Shown here piece by piece: positions 51,318 through 61,110 of a stretch of 64,000 nucleotides of DNA. The position numbers and the translations under genes are program-made. The notes beneath the pieces were generated by a model. The model did no database searches and was not told where the DNA came from. It saw only the letters and a program-made list of their open reading frames with translations. This DNA comes from an uncultured Nitrospiraceae bacterium (lineage in GTDB: Bacteria; Nitrospirota; Thermodesulfovibrionia; Thermodesulfovibrionales; Dissulfurispiraceae): contig CAVSHF010000005.1 in the NCBI GenBank assembly GCA_963727805.1, forward strand, positions 1,056,001-1,120,000, read 5' to 3'. Numbering within the stretch: the stretch's first letter is position 1; every line of letters begins with the position of its first letter.

Positions 51318-52535
51318 ATGAAACCGGTAGAACTTAAAAATGGCATATTTTGGGTAGGGGCCGTCGACTGGGCTGTTCGGGATTTTCACGGTTACGAAAC
51401 CCCGCGAGGCACTACATACAACAATTATCTCATCCTCGATAATGAAATCACTCTCGTTGACACGGTAAAATACGACTTTGCCGATATATCCATCCAGAAT
51501 ATCAGGGCTATCATCGATCCTTCTAAGATCAAAAATATCGTCATCAACCATATCGAAAACGACCATGTGACAAGCCTTGACAAGATCATGGCCCTCTGCC
51601 CTGACGCTACAATCTATATTTCCGAGAAAGGGAAGAAAGGACTTGCAAGGTTCTACGACATCTCCCCATGGAAGATGAGAGTCGTGAAGTCCGGCGACAC
51701 GCTCTCGATCGGTAAAAGGACCCTCCTCTTCCTTGAGACGCCCATGCTCCATTGGCCCGATTCGATGATGACGTATGTGAAAGAGGAAAAGCTCCTCATC
51801 AGCCAGGACGGCTTTGGCCAGCACATCGCATCAGCGGCAAGATTCGACGATGAATACACTACCTGCCAGTCGATGTCGGAACTCGAAGATGCAATTACTG
51901 ACTATTACGCCAACATTCTTATGCCCTTCGGTCATATCATCAAAAGCAAGATCGCCGACATCCAGAAACTCGGGATCGAGATCGACATGATCGCCCCTGA
52001 TCACGGGATAATCTTCAGGGCAGATCCGGGCATGGTAATTCAGAGATATCTCGATATGGCCAATGGCAAGTCCGATCTCAGCGTCTCGATTATCTACGAC
52101 ACCATGTGGCACAGCACGGAACTGATGACCGTGCCGCTAGTGCATGGAATTACGGACGAGGGCGTCGACTGCAAAGTCATCAAGCTGAGGGCAACTCCAC
52201 AGAGTGTCGCTGTGAAAGAGTTCTGGAAGTCACGGGGTGTCCTGCTGGGCACGCCCACTCTGAACAATATCATGTACCCAAGCGTTGCCACTTTCCTTAC
52301 CTATCTGCGGGGTTTGAGACCAAAAAACAGGATTGCCGGAGCATTCGGTAGCTTTGGATGGGGTGGCGGAGCCGTGAAGGAAGCTTATGAAATCTTTAAA
52401 AAAATAGGTCTTGAAACCTGCGAGCCGGGGCTTGAAGTGCTTTATCGGCCTTCAGCAGAAGACGATATGAAGTGTTACGACTATGGAGTAGCCTTTGCTA
52501 AAAAGGTGAAGGAATATCACAAGAAATTTGAATAA
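51318..52535 (+). CDS. fprA: Flavodiiron protein (FprA/ROO; O2/NO reductase)
   Basis: GTTYNNYL, NHIENDH, HWPDSM, DGFGQH, APDHG and flavodoxin GSFGWGG. Confidence 0.95.
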   Translation: MKPVELKNGIFWVGAVDWAVRDFHGYETPRGTTYNNYLILDNEITLVDTVKYDFADISIQNIRAIIDPSKIKNIVINHIENDHVTSLDKIMALCPDATIYISEKGKKGLARFYDISPWKMRVVKSGDTLSIGKRTLLFLETPMLHWPDSMMTYVKEEKLLISQDGFGQHIASAARFDDEYTTCQSMSELEDAITDYYANILMPFGHIIKSKIADIQKLGIEIDMIAPDHGIIFRADPGMVIQRYLDMANGKSDLSVSIIYDTMWHSTELMTVPLVHGITDEGVDCKVIKLRATPQSVAVKEFWKSRGVLLGTPTLNNIMYPSVATFLTYLRGLRPKNRIAGAFGSFGWGGGAVKEAYEIFKKIGLETCEPGLEVLYRPSAEDDMKCYDYGVAFAKKVKEYHKKFE

Positions 52536-52550
52536 CAGAGGAGGAATCAA

Positions 52551-53045
52551 ATGTCCAAGACATCAACAAATCTTCAGGACGCCTTTGCCGGAGAATCACA
52601 GGCAAACAGAAAATATCTCGCCTACGCGAAAAAAGCGGAGCAGGAGGGATTCAAACAGGTAGCTAAGCTCTTCAGAGCCGTTGCCGAGGCGGAGACTGTC
52701 CACGCTCATAGTCATTTCAGGCAGATGGGCGGTATCAAGACAACTAAGGAGAATCTCGAAGCAGCTCTCCATGGAGAGGTCTTCGAATTTGAGGACATGT
52801 ATCCCCGGATGATCGCCGAGGCTCAGGCCGAAGGTATCAAGGACGCGGTGAAAACCTTCACTTACGCCAACGAGGTCGAGAAGGTCCATGCCGAATTATA
52901 CAAAAAAGCACTCGCGGACCTCGGCAAGAGCGTAGATGCCGACTACTACGTCTGTTCAGTCTGCGGTCATACTGTCGAAGGCGATCCGCCGGACGAATGC
53001 CCGGTCTGCAAGTCGAAGAAGCAGGCGTATAAGAAAGTCGAATAG
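52551..53045 (+). CDS. rbr: Rubrerythrin
   Basis: AFAGESQA, AETVHA, GE..E..MYP, EKVH and CSVCG...CPVC. Confidence 0.95.
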   Translation: MSKTSTNLQDAFAGESQANRKYLAYAKKAEQEGFKQVAKLFRAVAEAETVHAHSHFRQMGGIKTTKENLEAALHGEVFEFEDMYPRMIAEAQAEGIKDAVKTFTYANEVEKVHAELYKKALADLGKSVDADYYVCSVCGHTVEGDPPDECPVCKSKKQAYKKVE

Positions 53046-53090
53046 GTTAGTAGATATCATAAGAGACTTAGCCTAACAGGAGGGGTTACG

Positions 53091-54650
53091 ATGGCACGTG
53101 AAGAGAGGCCTGCGGCAAATTGTATCGTTGTTGCAGTAGCACTCATTTTATTGGTCTCAGTAACCTTTGCTTTTCCCGCTGTCGTTGTTTCAGCTGAAGG
53201 GAAAGAAGGGCCGGCAGAGCAACCGGAACTAAGCCCGCAGACGCGGGCCTGTCTCGGCTGTCATAACCGTTACACGCCCGGCATTGTGCAGGATTGGCTT
53301 GCGAGCAGGCATTCACGAACAGTGCCGAGTCAAGCAATGACGCGGCCGCTTCTCGAAAAACGGATCTCTGCCGAAAAACTGCCGGAATCGCTCTCGGGAT
53401 TCCCTGTTGGTTGCTATGAATGCCATAGCCTGAATTCTGCCCGCCACAGGGACAATTTTGATCACTTCGGATTCAAGATTAATGTGGTGGTATCGCCGAA
53501 CGACTGCAGCACCTGTCACCCAGCAGAGGCGAATCAATATTCAGACAGCAAAAAGGCCCATGCTATTAAGAACCTTATGTCCAACCCCATATATCATAAC
53601 CTCGTAGATTATGTGACGGGAATGAAAAAATACGAACAGGGAATATTGATTGCCTCACAGCCGTCCGAAAGTACCCTACATGAGAGCTGTCTTGGCTGTC
53701 ATGGCACCAAAGTCGAGGTGAGTGGCTCCCAGACAATTCCTACAAAGATAGGCGAGATAACAGTACCTAAACTTACTAATTGGCCGAATACGGGCGTCGG
53801 CAGAGAAAATCCTGACAACAGTCTCGGTGCTTGCACCGCATGTCATCCCCGGCATGGCTTCTCCATAGAGGTCGCCAGGAAACCTTACACCTGTTCACAG
53901 TGTCATATCGAGCCGGACGTGCCCGCATGGAATGTCTATGAAGAGAGCAAGCACGGAAACATTTATTCGTCTAAGCACCACGAATGGGACTTCAATGCCG
54001 TGCCGTGGAAAATCGGCCAGGACTTCAAGGCCCCGACCTGCTCGACCTGCCATAATAGTCTTGTTGTCTCGCCCCAGGGAGACGTCATCGCCGAGCGAAG
54101 CCATGACTTCGGCTCCCGTCTGTGGGTGAGGATCTTCGGGCTCATCTACGCCCATCCTCAGCCAAAATCAGGCAACACATCGATTATTAGGAATAAAGAT
54201 GGACTGCCTATGCCGGTCACGTTCAGTGGAGAGCTTGCCTCGGAATATCTCATCGACAAGCCCGAACAAGAGCAGCGCTTCGATAAAATGAAGAACATCT
54301 GTCGGGCATGTCATAGCACAGACTGGGTGAATCGCCATTTCGCTAAATTCGACACCACAATAAAAGAGACAAATGAAATGACTCTCACAGCGACCAAACT
54401 CATGTCAGATGCTTGGCAGAAAGGGATCGAGGACAAGACGAACCCCTTTGATGAACCCATCGAACAAATGTGGGTGAAGGAGTGGCTCTTCTATTCGAAT
54501 TCGGTCCGTTATTCCTCTGCGATGACCGGAGCTCCCGACTATGCAGTCTTTAAAAATGGATGGTGGCATTTAACAAACAATCTTCTGAATATGAGCAGCG
54601 CTATTAACCTGAAATCGAATATCCCTGTGAAGAAACTGGAGGCCAAGTGA
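53091..54650 (+). CDS. Octaheme cytochrome c, hydroxylamine oxidoreductase (HAO/epsilon-Hao) family
   Basis: Signal peptide; eight CxxCH (CLGCH, CYECH, CSTCH, CLGCH, CTACH, CSQCH, CSTCH, CRACH); WPNTGVGR.NPD.S.G.C, ESKHG and APDY. Confidence 0.9.
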   Translation: MAREERPAANCIVVAVALILLVSVTFAFPAVVVSAEGKEGPAEQPELSPQTRACLGCHNRYTPGIVQDWLASRHSRTVPSQAMTRPLLEKRISAEKLPESLSGFPVGCYECHSLNSARHRDNFDHFGFKINVVVSPNDCSTCHPAEANQYSDSKKAHAIKNLMSNPIYHNLVDYVTGMKKYEQGILIASQPSESTLHESCLGCHGTKVEVSGSQTIPTKIGEITVPKLTNWPNTGVGRENPDNSLGACTACHPRHGFSIEVARKPYTCSQCHIEPDVPAWNVYEESKHGNIYSSKHHEWDFNAVPWKIGQDFKAPTCSTCHNSLVVSPQGDVIAERSHDFGSRLWVRIFGLIYAHPQPKSGNTSIIRNKDGLPMPVTFSGELASEYLIDKPEQEQRFDKMKNICRACHSTDWVNRHFAKFDTTIKETNEMTLTATKLMSDAWQKGIEDKTNPFDEPIEQMWVKEWLFYSNSVRYSSAMTGAPDYAVFKNGWWHLTNNLLNMSSAINLKSNIPVKKLEAK

Positions 54651-55219
54651 AAATCGTCGCATTCCAAGGGAGTCCCCGACCCAGCGGCAATACAGAAGTA
54701 CTTTTAGAAGAGGTTCTAAAGCCAGCAGAGAAGGCCATGCATGAGATCATACTATTCAAGCTCAATCTTATGCGCATTAAGCCCTGCCAAGACTGCGGCA
54801 GTTGCGAAAAGACCGGCAAGTGCATCATCGATGATGATATGAATGAGATTTATCCAGCCATACGGGAGGCCGACCGAATCATCCTAGCCTCCCCCATATT
54901 CTTTTTTGCATTGAGTGCCCAGACCAAGACGATGATCGACCGCTGCCAGGCATTCTGGTGCGAGAAATATTTAATGAAACAGACGATCCCTGAAGGACCT
55001 CACGGAAGAAAGGGCCTCCTTATGCTTGTAGGTGGCATGAAAAAAGATATCGGAGTGCAGTGCTCCGAAGCCACAACTAAGGCCTTCTTCCGGACCGTGA
55101 GCGTTCCGCACCACGAGACATTGAGCTTCCTGGGGGTTGATGCCAAAGGTGCAATCCTCGAACATCCAACGGCACTGCGCGATGCGCGGGAGGCGGGAAA
55201 GAAACTTGTTGCAGTGTAA
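54647..55219 (+). CDS. Iron-sulfur flavoprotein / NADPH-dependent FMN reductase family
   Basis: GSPR..GNT, PCQDCGSC.....C, DDM, ASPIFF and IDR. Confidence 0.9.
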   Translation: MKIVAFQGSPRPSGNTEVLLEEVLKPAEKAMHEIILFKLNLMRIKPCQDCGSCEKTGKCIIDDDMNEIYPAIREADRIILASPIFFFALSAQTKTMIDRCQAFWCEKYLMKQTIPEGPHGRKGLLMLVGGMKKDIGVQCSEATTKAFFRTVSVPHHETLSFLGVDAKGAILEHPTALRDAREAGKKLVAV

Positions 55220-55405
55220 AACACTACGGTAAAGTGTCGCTGATGGGAAGAATTATTTGCAGTATGACAAAATCGATGATTACCGGAAAACATCTATAGT
55301 TGCTGCTTCGTCGAGTGTCTCTTGAACCACGCTCTTATCCGGATTCTTGAGAAATGCGATTTTTTACCCTGTAATCAATGTCCCCGGCGACTCGCTCAAG
55401 TGCGC

Positions 55406-55713
55406 TCATGTTTGCCTTCGTATCTGGCGCTGAATGATGAAATGAGATTTTGTGTGCAGAAGTTTTATGAGCGATTTCTTATGACATGAGATACAGCGCT
55501 CGTCGCCTATCATCTGGGCCTTCTGTTTTTCGGGGGTCTTTTCCACTCCCTGTCCATGACATTTAAAGCAATTTCGGACCTCAGTTCCTCATGCATTTTA
55601 ACCATCTTTGGGTTCCTGCTATGGCAAGCGTTGCAGCAGAATAGTTCTCAGTCGAATGGTGCGATCCACGCCGCGATCAGTAACATTAAAAGTAACAACG
55701 TCCTCATGGACAT
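55406..55713 (-). pseudogene. Decayed small triheme cytochrome c (in-frame TGA at 55648-55650; 1-nt frameshift near 55572)
   Basis: MSMRTLLLLMLLIAAWIAPFD*ELFCCNACHSRNPKMVKMHEELRS / NCFKCHGQGVEKTPEKQKAQMIGDERCISCHKK: signal-like N-terminus and three CxxCH motifs over two frames. Confidence 0.75.
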
Positions 55714-55741
55714 AATATATGAGTCACTGCTCAATTTGAGT

Positions 55742-55755
55742 ATGATCTAGATCAT
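55742..55755. promoter_or_regulatory. CRP/FNR-like palindrome between the cytochrome relic and nrfA
   Basis: Perfect 14-bp ATGATCTAGATCAT, similar to TTGAT-N4-ATCAA. Confidence 0.45.
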
Positions 55756-55840
55756 TTTCTATTTATATTGTTCATTGATAGTATTTAAAAAGATAGGCGA
55801 ATTTAAGCATAAAGAAGCGTCTCTAATAAAGGAGGATACA

Positions 55841-57295
55841 ATGCAGAGAAAGTACCTGGGGGCATTTGTGATTTTCGCTCTGGCGATCGTGTTGTTGTCA
55901 TTATATGGGTGTCACATGCCTAAAGATGAGCCCGTCAAGACAGTGCAGATACCCGATACCACAATAGACCCAGAAGTTTGGGGCAAAGCGTACCCGCCGG
56001 AATACGAGCTATGGAAGAAGACAGCTGAACCGGAACCAGCCGGCAAAAGCAAGTATAAGAGAGGCTTTGATGCAGATGGAATTACGTATGATAAACTAGC
56101 GGAATTCCCTTACATGGCACTGCTCTTTAATGGATGGGGGTTCGGGGTCGAGTACAACGAACCAAGAGGCCATGCAAACATGGTGAGGGATCAGCTTGCA
56201 ATTGATCCTTCGAGGGTGAAAGCCGGTGGCGCTTGCCTCACCTGCAAGACCCCTTATGCTCCACAACTAGTAAAGAAATTGGGGGTGGATTATTTTTCGA
56301 AGCCTTATAAGGAGATTCTGGCGCAGATACCCGAGAAGGACAGGACGTTGGGTGTTGCCTGCATAGATTGCCATGACAACAAGGATATGTCGTTAAAGAT
56401 TTCCAGGGATTTTACGTTGAAGCTAGCCTTAAGAGACATGGGAACCGACCCGGAGAAACTCACAAGGCAGGAGATGCGGAGTGCTGTGTGTGCCCAATGT
56501 CACGTCACTTATGTCGTGCAGAAGGACAAGGAGATGCACTCCGTCAACGTCTTCTTTCCGTGGCAGGGTAGCAAGTGGGGCAACATCACAGTTGAGAATA
56601 TTATCAAAAAAATACGGAGTGACGAGTCGTATAAGGAATGGAAGCAGAATGTTACTGGATTCAAGATGGGATTCATCCGTCATCCGGAGTTCGAACTTTT
56701 CTCCAATAACAGTGTTCATTGGAAGGCTGGTGTGTCTTGTGCCGACTGCCATATGCCTAACACACGAGTTGGAGTCAAGGAAGTTTCTGACCATCGTGTA
56801 ATGAGTCCTCTAAAAAATGATATGAAAGCATGCGCACAGTGTCACACTGAAAGTCCTGAGTGGTTGAAAAGTCAGGTTATAGCCATTCAGGACAGGACTG
56901 TCTCGCTGATGATAAGATCGGGCTATGCCACCGCAACAGTAGCCAAACTTTTCGAAATTACCCACAAGACACAGGAAGCAGGGAAACAAATTGACAAAAC
57001 GCTCTATGCTAAGGCCAAGGATAACTACGAAGAGGCATTCTATCGGTGTGTATTCGTGGGAGCAGAGAACTCTGTTGGTTTCCATAACCCGACGGAGACC
57101 TTGAGAATTCTCAGTGATGCCACAGCCTTTGCAGCCAAAGCCGAAGGATACTTGCGGCAGGCTCTTGCCACAGCAGGCGTGGATGTGCCCATTAAAGTGA
57201 ATCTGGAGTTAAAGAAATATCTTGATGAGAGAGGGGAAAAAAAGCTGAAGGGTAACCCTGCTTTCGAATTCAAGGATCCGATGGGGTTACAGTAA
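55841..57295 (+). CDS. nrfA: Cytochrome c nitrite reductase, ammonia-forming (pentaheme), lipoprotein
   Basis: CLTCK active-site heme plus four CxxCH; YNEPRGH, RHPEFE and AENSVGFHNP; lipobox LYGC; AAGGAGG SD before ATG 55841. Confidence 0.95.
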   Translation: MQRKYLGAFVIFALAIVLLSLYGCHMPKDEPVKTVQIPDTTIDPEVWGKAYPPEYELWKKTAEPEPAGKSKYKRGFDADGITYDKLAEFPYMALLFNGWGFGVEYNEPRGHANMVRDQLAIDPSRVKAGGACLTCKTPYAPQLVKKLGVDYFSKPYKEILAQIPEKDRTLGVACIDCHDNKDMSLKISRDFTLKLALRDMGTDPEKLTRQEMRSAVCAQCHVTYVVQKDKEMHSVNVFFPWQGSKWGNITVENIIKKIRSDESYKEWKQNVTGFKMGFIRHPEFELFSNNSVHWKAGVSCADCHMPNTRVGVKEVSDHRVMSPLKNDMKACAQCHTESPEWLKSQVIAIQDRTVSLMIRSGYATATVAKLFEITHKTQEAGKQIDKTLYAKAKDNYEEAFYRCVFVGAENSVGFHNPTETLRILSDATAFAAKAEGYLRQALATAGVDVPIKVNLELKKYLDERGEKKLKGNPAFEFKDPMGLQ

Positions 57296-57328
57296 GAGTT
57301 CTGACATTGATGCTGAGTAACGCAAACA

Positions 57329-57353
57329 GGAGGAGGCAGGCTTTGCCTCCTCC
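57329..57353. terminator. Hairpin downstream of nrfA
   Basis: GGAGGAGGCA-GGCTT-TGCCTCCTCC; U-tail is weak. Confidence 0.5.
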
Positions 57354-58141
57354 GATCACATTGTTCGTATAGTTGTTAAAGTTACAGATACTTTCCAGTG
57401 GATCTCTCTTCTGTGAGTGCCTGCGGGAAATGCCTCCTATTTATACTATTCACCGAGGTGATCGCGATGTTTTCTCAACATTTCTTTCGCTATCCACACA
57501 AAAACAAGACTGGGTAATTCAGTGTCCGTCAGGGCAGTACGATCCATTCCAGTGAGAAGTGAAGAATTGAGTTTACAATTCCTGTAAACTCATTAGTGAG
57601 TTATGCAAATTATATTTAGTACTCCGCAACATGATTTATTATATGAAGAGATCCAAGTTCTAGGCGGAAGTTTCTGCACGCTCGCTCGGAGAGGAGAGGT
57701 ATATGCTTTCAATCGGGCTCAACATCTTTAGGTATAGATGATAATGCGAATGATTTGTCTGCAAGCACGAACAAAAAAAGCCATCTTATGAAATACGACA
57801 TTCTTGTCATCTTATCCGCTCATTGATCTGAGTATGCATCAAGCGGAGTCACAACTCTTTATTTGATGATATCAAGGAATTGTTGATGGTGAATAAAATA
57901 ACTTTTGACCAATAAGTTATTAACCAGCATTGAACATTAACCCACGTGCGGCGTATAAGGGGTGTAATGATGTAAAGGACAATCACATCAACTGCCTGCC
58001 TCAGAAAAAATGTTTCTGCGACTATCATGCCGGACCAAAAGTTGTTATCATGTGAGTATCAAACTTAAATTCACATAAAGAAGTAATCGGCGCAATCCTC
58101 TTTCCTATTCAAGTAATAACATTACCGAGAGGTCGTAAAAT

Positions 58142-58948
58142 ATGATAAAGATAATCATATCTGTATCATTGCTGGGTTTCCTTTTAGGACTGCCGGTAAC
58201 CGGCATGTCTGGCGAGATGTTTCAGGATATGAAGGAGAATGAGCATATCAACAGGAAATACGAACGCGCCGTGGAATTTTTCACGCATAAGATGCCTGCT
58301 GATTTCGAGTCCCGGCGCAACAATTCTTTCAGGTATATCGATATCATCAAGACGATATTCGGCGAAAAAGGGATTCCCGATGAAATGGCATATCTTCCCT
58401 TTATCGAGAGCGGCTTTTCGCCTGTTGCGGTGAGTCCAGGAGATGCGGCAGGCCTCTGGCAATTCATGAAGGTCACGGCAGGAAAGTACGGCTTGAGGAT
58501 GGATGCTTATGTCGATGAGCGGAAGGACCCCGTTAAATCGACTTATGCGGCGGCTGATTATTTAAGCGACCTCTACTCCATGTTCGGTGAATGGGACATC
58601 GTACTCGCTGCCTATAATGCGGGCGAAGGAAAAATAAGACGCATTATGGCAAAAAATAATTCAGCCAAACCACGTTTCGCTGCCGTCATCAATCGGTACA
58701 TTGCCCGCCTTCTTGCCGTCTTCACGATTGCAGAAGAACCTGAGAGGTACGGCTTTGCTTCTAGCGATACGGCTAAAATAGACATTGTCACCTTTAAAGA
58801 AATAACCACACTGACGCGTACTAGTCTTGGGAAAATAGCCAAGCGATACAGCACTACGGTCAATACTATCAGGGATTTAAATCCAGCACTGATCGGTAAC
58901 GAGACTCCACCTTACCAATATGTAATCCGGGTCCCGATAGATTACTAG
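58142..58948 (+). CDS. Lytic transglycosylase (SLT, MltD-like) with LysM-like tail
   Basis: IESGF, AAGLWQFM..TA..YGL, DER.DP..ST.AA, AAYNAGEG and LNPAL. Confidence 0.9.
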   Translation: MIKIIISVSLLGFLLGLPVTGMSGEMFQDMKENEHINRKYERAVEFFTHKMPADFESRRNNSFRYIDIIKTIFGEKGIPDEMAYLPFIESGFSPVAVSPGDAAGLWQFMKVTAGKYGLRMDAYVDERKDPVKSTYAAADYLSDLYSMFGEWDIVLAAYNAGEGKIRRIMAKNNSAKPRFAAVINRYIARLLAVFTIAEEPERYGFASSDTAKIDIVTFKEITTLTRTSLGKIAKRYSTTVNTIRDLNPALIGNETPPYQYVIRVPIDY

Positions 58949-59202
58949 GGTTGTTTTTGCGTGCAGCAGCGGATCCGTCACTGTGTGGAAGTGCAAGTGG
59001 AATAACTGATCATTAATCAAACGCATTTCTCAAATAAAGTAGTCTCAATTCATCTGCCGCTGCTTGTTTGGCTTATACCTTTAGCCATACAGGTAGTGAA
59101 CACGAAGATATTGCGGCAGTGACGGTACTACTGAAGGAATAGTTGAAGTAAGTCTTGCAGGAGCATATTTATAGTTAACTTTATTAACAGGACTATCCGC
59201 GA

Positions 59203-59961
59203 ATGAACATCATTTTCCATGACGCTTTCTATAAAGAGTATGATTATGATCCGGCTGCTGCCCCCGGTCGGATGGAACCCATCATTCGGGAGCTGACAAA
59301 ACACCCCCAGTACAAATTTGTTACGCCTATGCCGGCCGGCGAAGAGGACCTTCTGCGAGCGCATTCTGCTGCGCATATCTCATACATTCGGGAGTCACCC
59401 ACTATCTATGAGATGGCGATTCTCGCTGCTGGGGGAGCAATCAAGGCGGCTGAACTTGCCTTCGACGGTGAACCTTCCTTTGGCTGCATCCGCCCTCCGG
59501 GACACCACGCTTCTGCTGACAGCTGCTGGGGATTCTGTTTTTTTAACAACATGGCGGTTTCTCTTCTGAGGCTTAAGGCTGAGGGAAAGATCAACTCTGC
59601 CTTTGTTTTGGACTTCGACCTTCACAGGGGAGATGGAAACATTAATATCCTTGGCCGTGAAAAAGGATTTAAAATTCTGAATCCTACCAGCATGGCAGAG
59701 GACGATTACCTCCGTGAGATTGCGTCTATTTTGGAGAAAACCGGGGACTGTGATATCATCGCTGCCTCGGCAGGCTTTGACGAGTATGTGAAGGACTGGG
59801 GTGAAAAACTTTCTACGCTTGCATATCAAGAGATCGGAAAGATGATAAAGGAATTTTCTGATAAGCACTGCGGTGGCAGACGGTATGCGCTTTTAGAAGG
59901 AGGTTACTATTACGAGGATTTGGGGCTGAACATTCATGCCTTCTGCGACGGCTTCAGATGA
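59203..59961 (+). CDS. Histone deacetylase/acetylpolyamine amidohydrolase family protein
   Basis: RPPGHHA, GFCFFNN, DFDLHRGDG, SAGFD and LEGGY. Confidence 0.92.
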   Translation: MNIIFHDAFYKEYDYDPAAAPGRMEPIIRELTKHPQYKFVTPMPAGEEDLLRAHSAAHISYIRESPTIYEMAILAAGGAIKAAELAFDGEPSFGCIRPPGHHASADSCWGFCFFNNMAVSLLRLKAEGKINSAFVLDFDLHRGDGNINILGREKGFKILNPTSMAEDDYLREIASILEKTGDCDIIAASAGFDEYVKDWGEKLSTLAYQEIGKMIKEFSDKHCGGRRYALLEGGYYYEDLGLNIHAFCDGFR

Positions 59962-60338
59962 TATTGAGATCCAGTATTTCATAATCAATTCACGAGTAAA
60001 TGCAGCAACCTTGCAAGTGCCGCTCATGTAAGAAGTGTCCTACAATCTCCACACTGTCAAGACTCAGGGAAGATGCACGCTTTGGAAAAAGGGTCTTTAT
60101 GCGATATTTTTCCCTCTTCTAAACGCTCATTGACATCAGTCAAAACAGTTTGTTTTTCCAGGGAAGAAAATCTCTGTAGGGTGCGCGGCGTTAGGTGTCC
60201 ACGGCGAGTTGCTCTTGACCAAACCTACAATTTCCCCTAAACTCTGATAAAAAGACTCATGCAATATCAAATATCATGTTGGGCGGAATACTAGAATGAT
60301 TATCTTCATAAAATGCTTTCCCTGATATACTGGGCAAA

Positions 60339-60821
60339 GTGAAGAGTATAGAGCATTCAAAACGTGGTCTTCATGTCGTCGCTATCTTTGAAGCGACCAA
60401 AGGACTGCTTGTTTTAGTTACCGGCTTTGGCTTGCTCTCATTTCTTCATAAAGACCTTCACATGGCGGCCGAGCAGCTTGTTAGACACTTGCATATAAAT
60501 CCCGCCAGACACTATCCCATTATTTTCATCGATGCAGCCAATCATTTGGACGACATGCACCTCTGGGTACTGGCCTTTTCAGCTCTGCTCTACTCAACAG
60601 TTCGCTTCGTCGAAGCTTTTGGTTTGTGGAAACAGCGACAGTGGGCTGAATGGTTCGCTCTTTTGACCGGTGGAATGTACATTCCTGTCGAGCTATTCGC
60701 GATTATTCGCAGAGTGACTTGGCCGAAAGTTGCCATATTTATCGTTAATCTGGGCATTGTGGGATATATGGGTTATGTCTTATACCGATCAAGGCAACAT
60801 CGTAAAGGGGCCCGACACTAA
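60339..60821 (+). CDS. DUF2127 family membrane protein
   Basis: A.FEA.KG, Y..VRFVEA.GLW..R.WAEW, YIP.E and VN..IV.Y. Confidence 0.85.
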   Translation: MKSIEHSKRGLHVVAIFEATKGLLVLVTGFGLLSFLHKDLHMAAEQLVRHLHINPARHYPIIFIDAANHLDDMHLWVLAFSALLYSTVRFVEAFGLWKQRQWAEWFALLTGGMYIPVELFAIIRRVTWPKVAIFIVNLGIVGYMGYVLYRSRQHRKGARH

Positions 60822-61110
60822 TTGCTCAACATGCAAGAGATTAACTGAACTGCATAATGCTGATTCTTTCTGGGATGTGCAATTATTTTCGGAATTGGTG
60901 ATTCCTGCGGGTTATAACGGTTTACGAATAGGCGCCGTTTGTGCAACAGTTCTTCATGAAGTCAACGTTTTGATTTCTGTCAATATGTTGCGTATCACTA
61001 CCAAACTGCCAAAGACCAGAGTCGCTGTATTCGGTTCTTTTCTACAGTCGCACCGACAGCACTTCCTGATTGAAAGGGTATAATTAAAAAGGCGTTAAGG
61101 ATTACTATTA

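Noticed and set aside
55622..55637. TGGCAAGCGTTGCAGC as a sigma54 promoter for nrfA
   Set aside because: GG-to-GC spacing is 8 or 11, not 10, and the sequence is the antisense of the CNACH codons.
55648..55650. In-frame TGA as selenocysteine
   Set aside because: It falls near the signal-cleavage region rather than at a Cys position, and a frameshift follows.
57568..57592. Palindrome TGAGTTTACA-N5-TGTAAACTCA in the nrfA-slt spacer
   Set aside because: Single copy with no adjacent promoter or gene, so no function can be assigned.
59995..60030. GCAGCAACC..GTGC resembling SAM-I riboswitch P3
   Set aside because: No ATC-AGAG P1 or kink-turn P2, and no methionine-related gene downstream.
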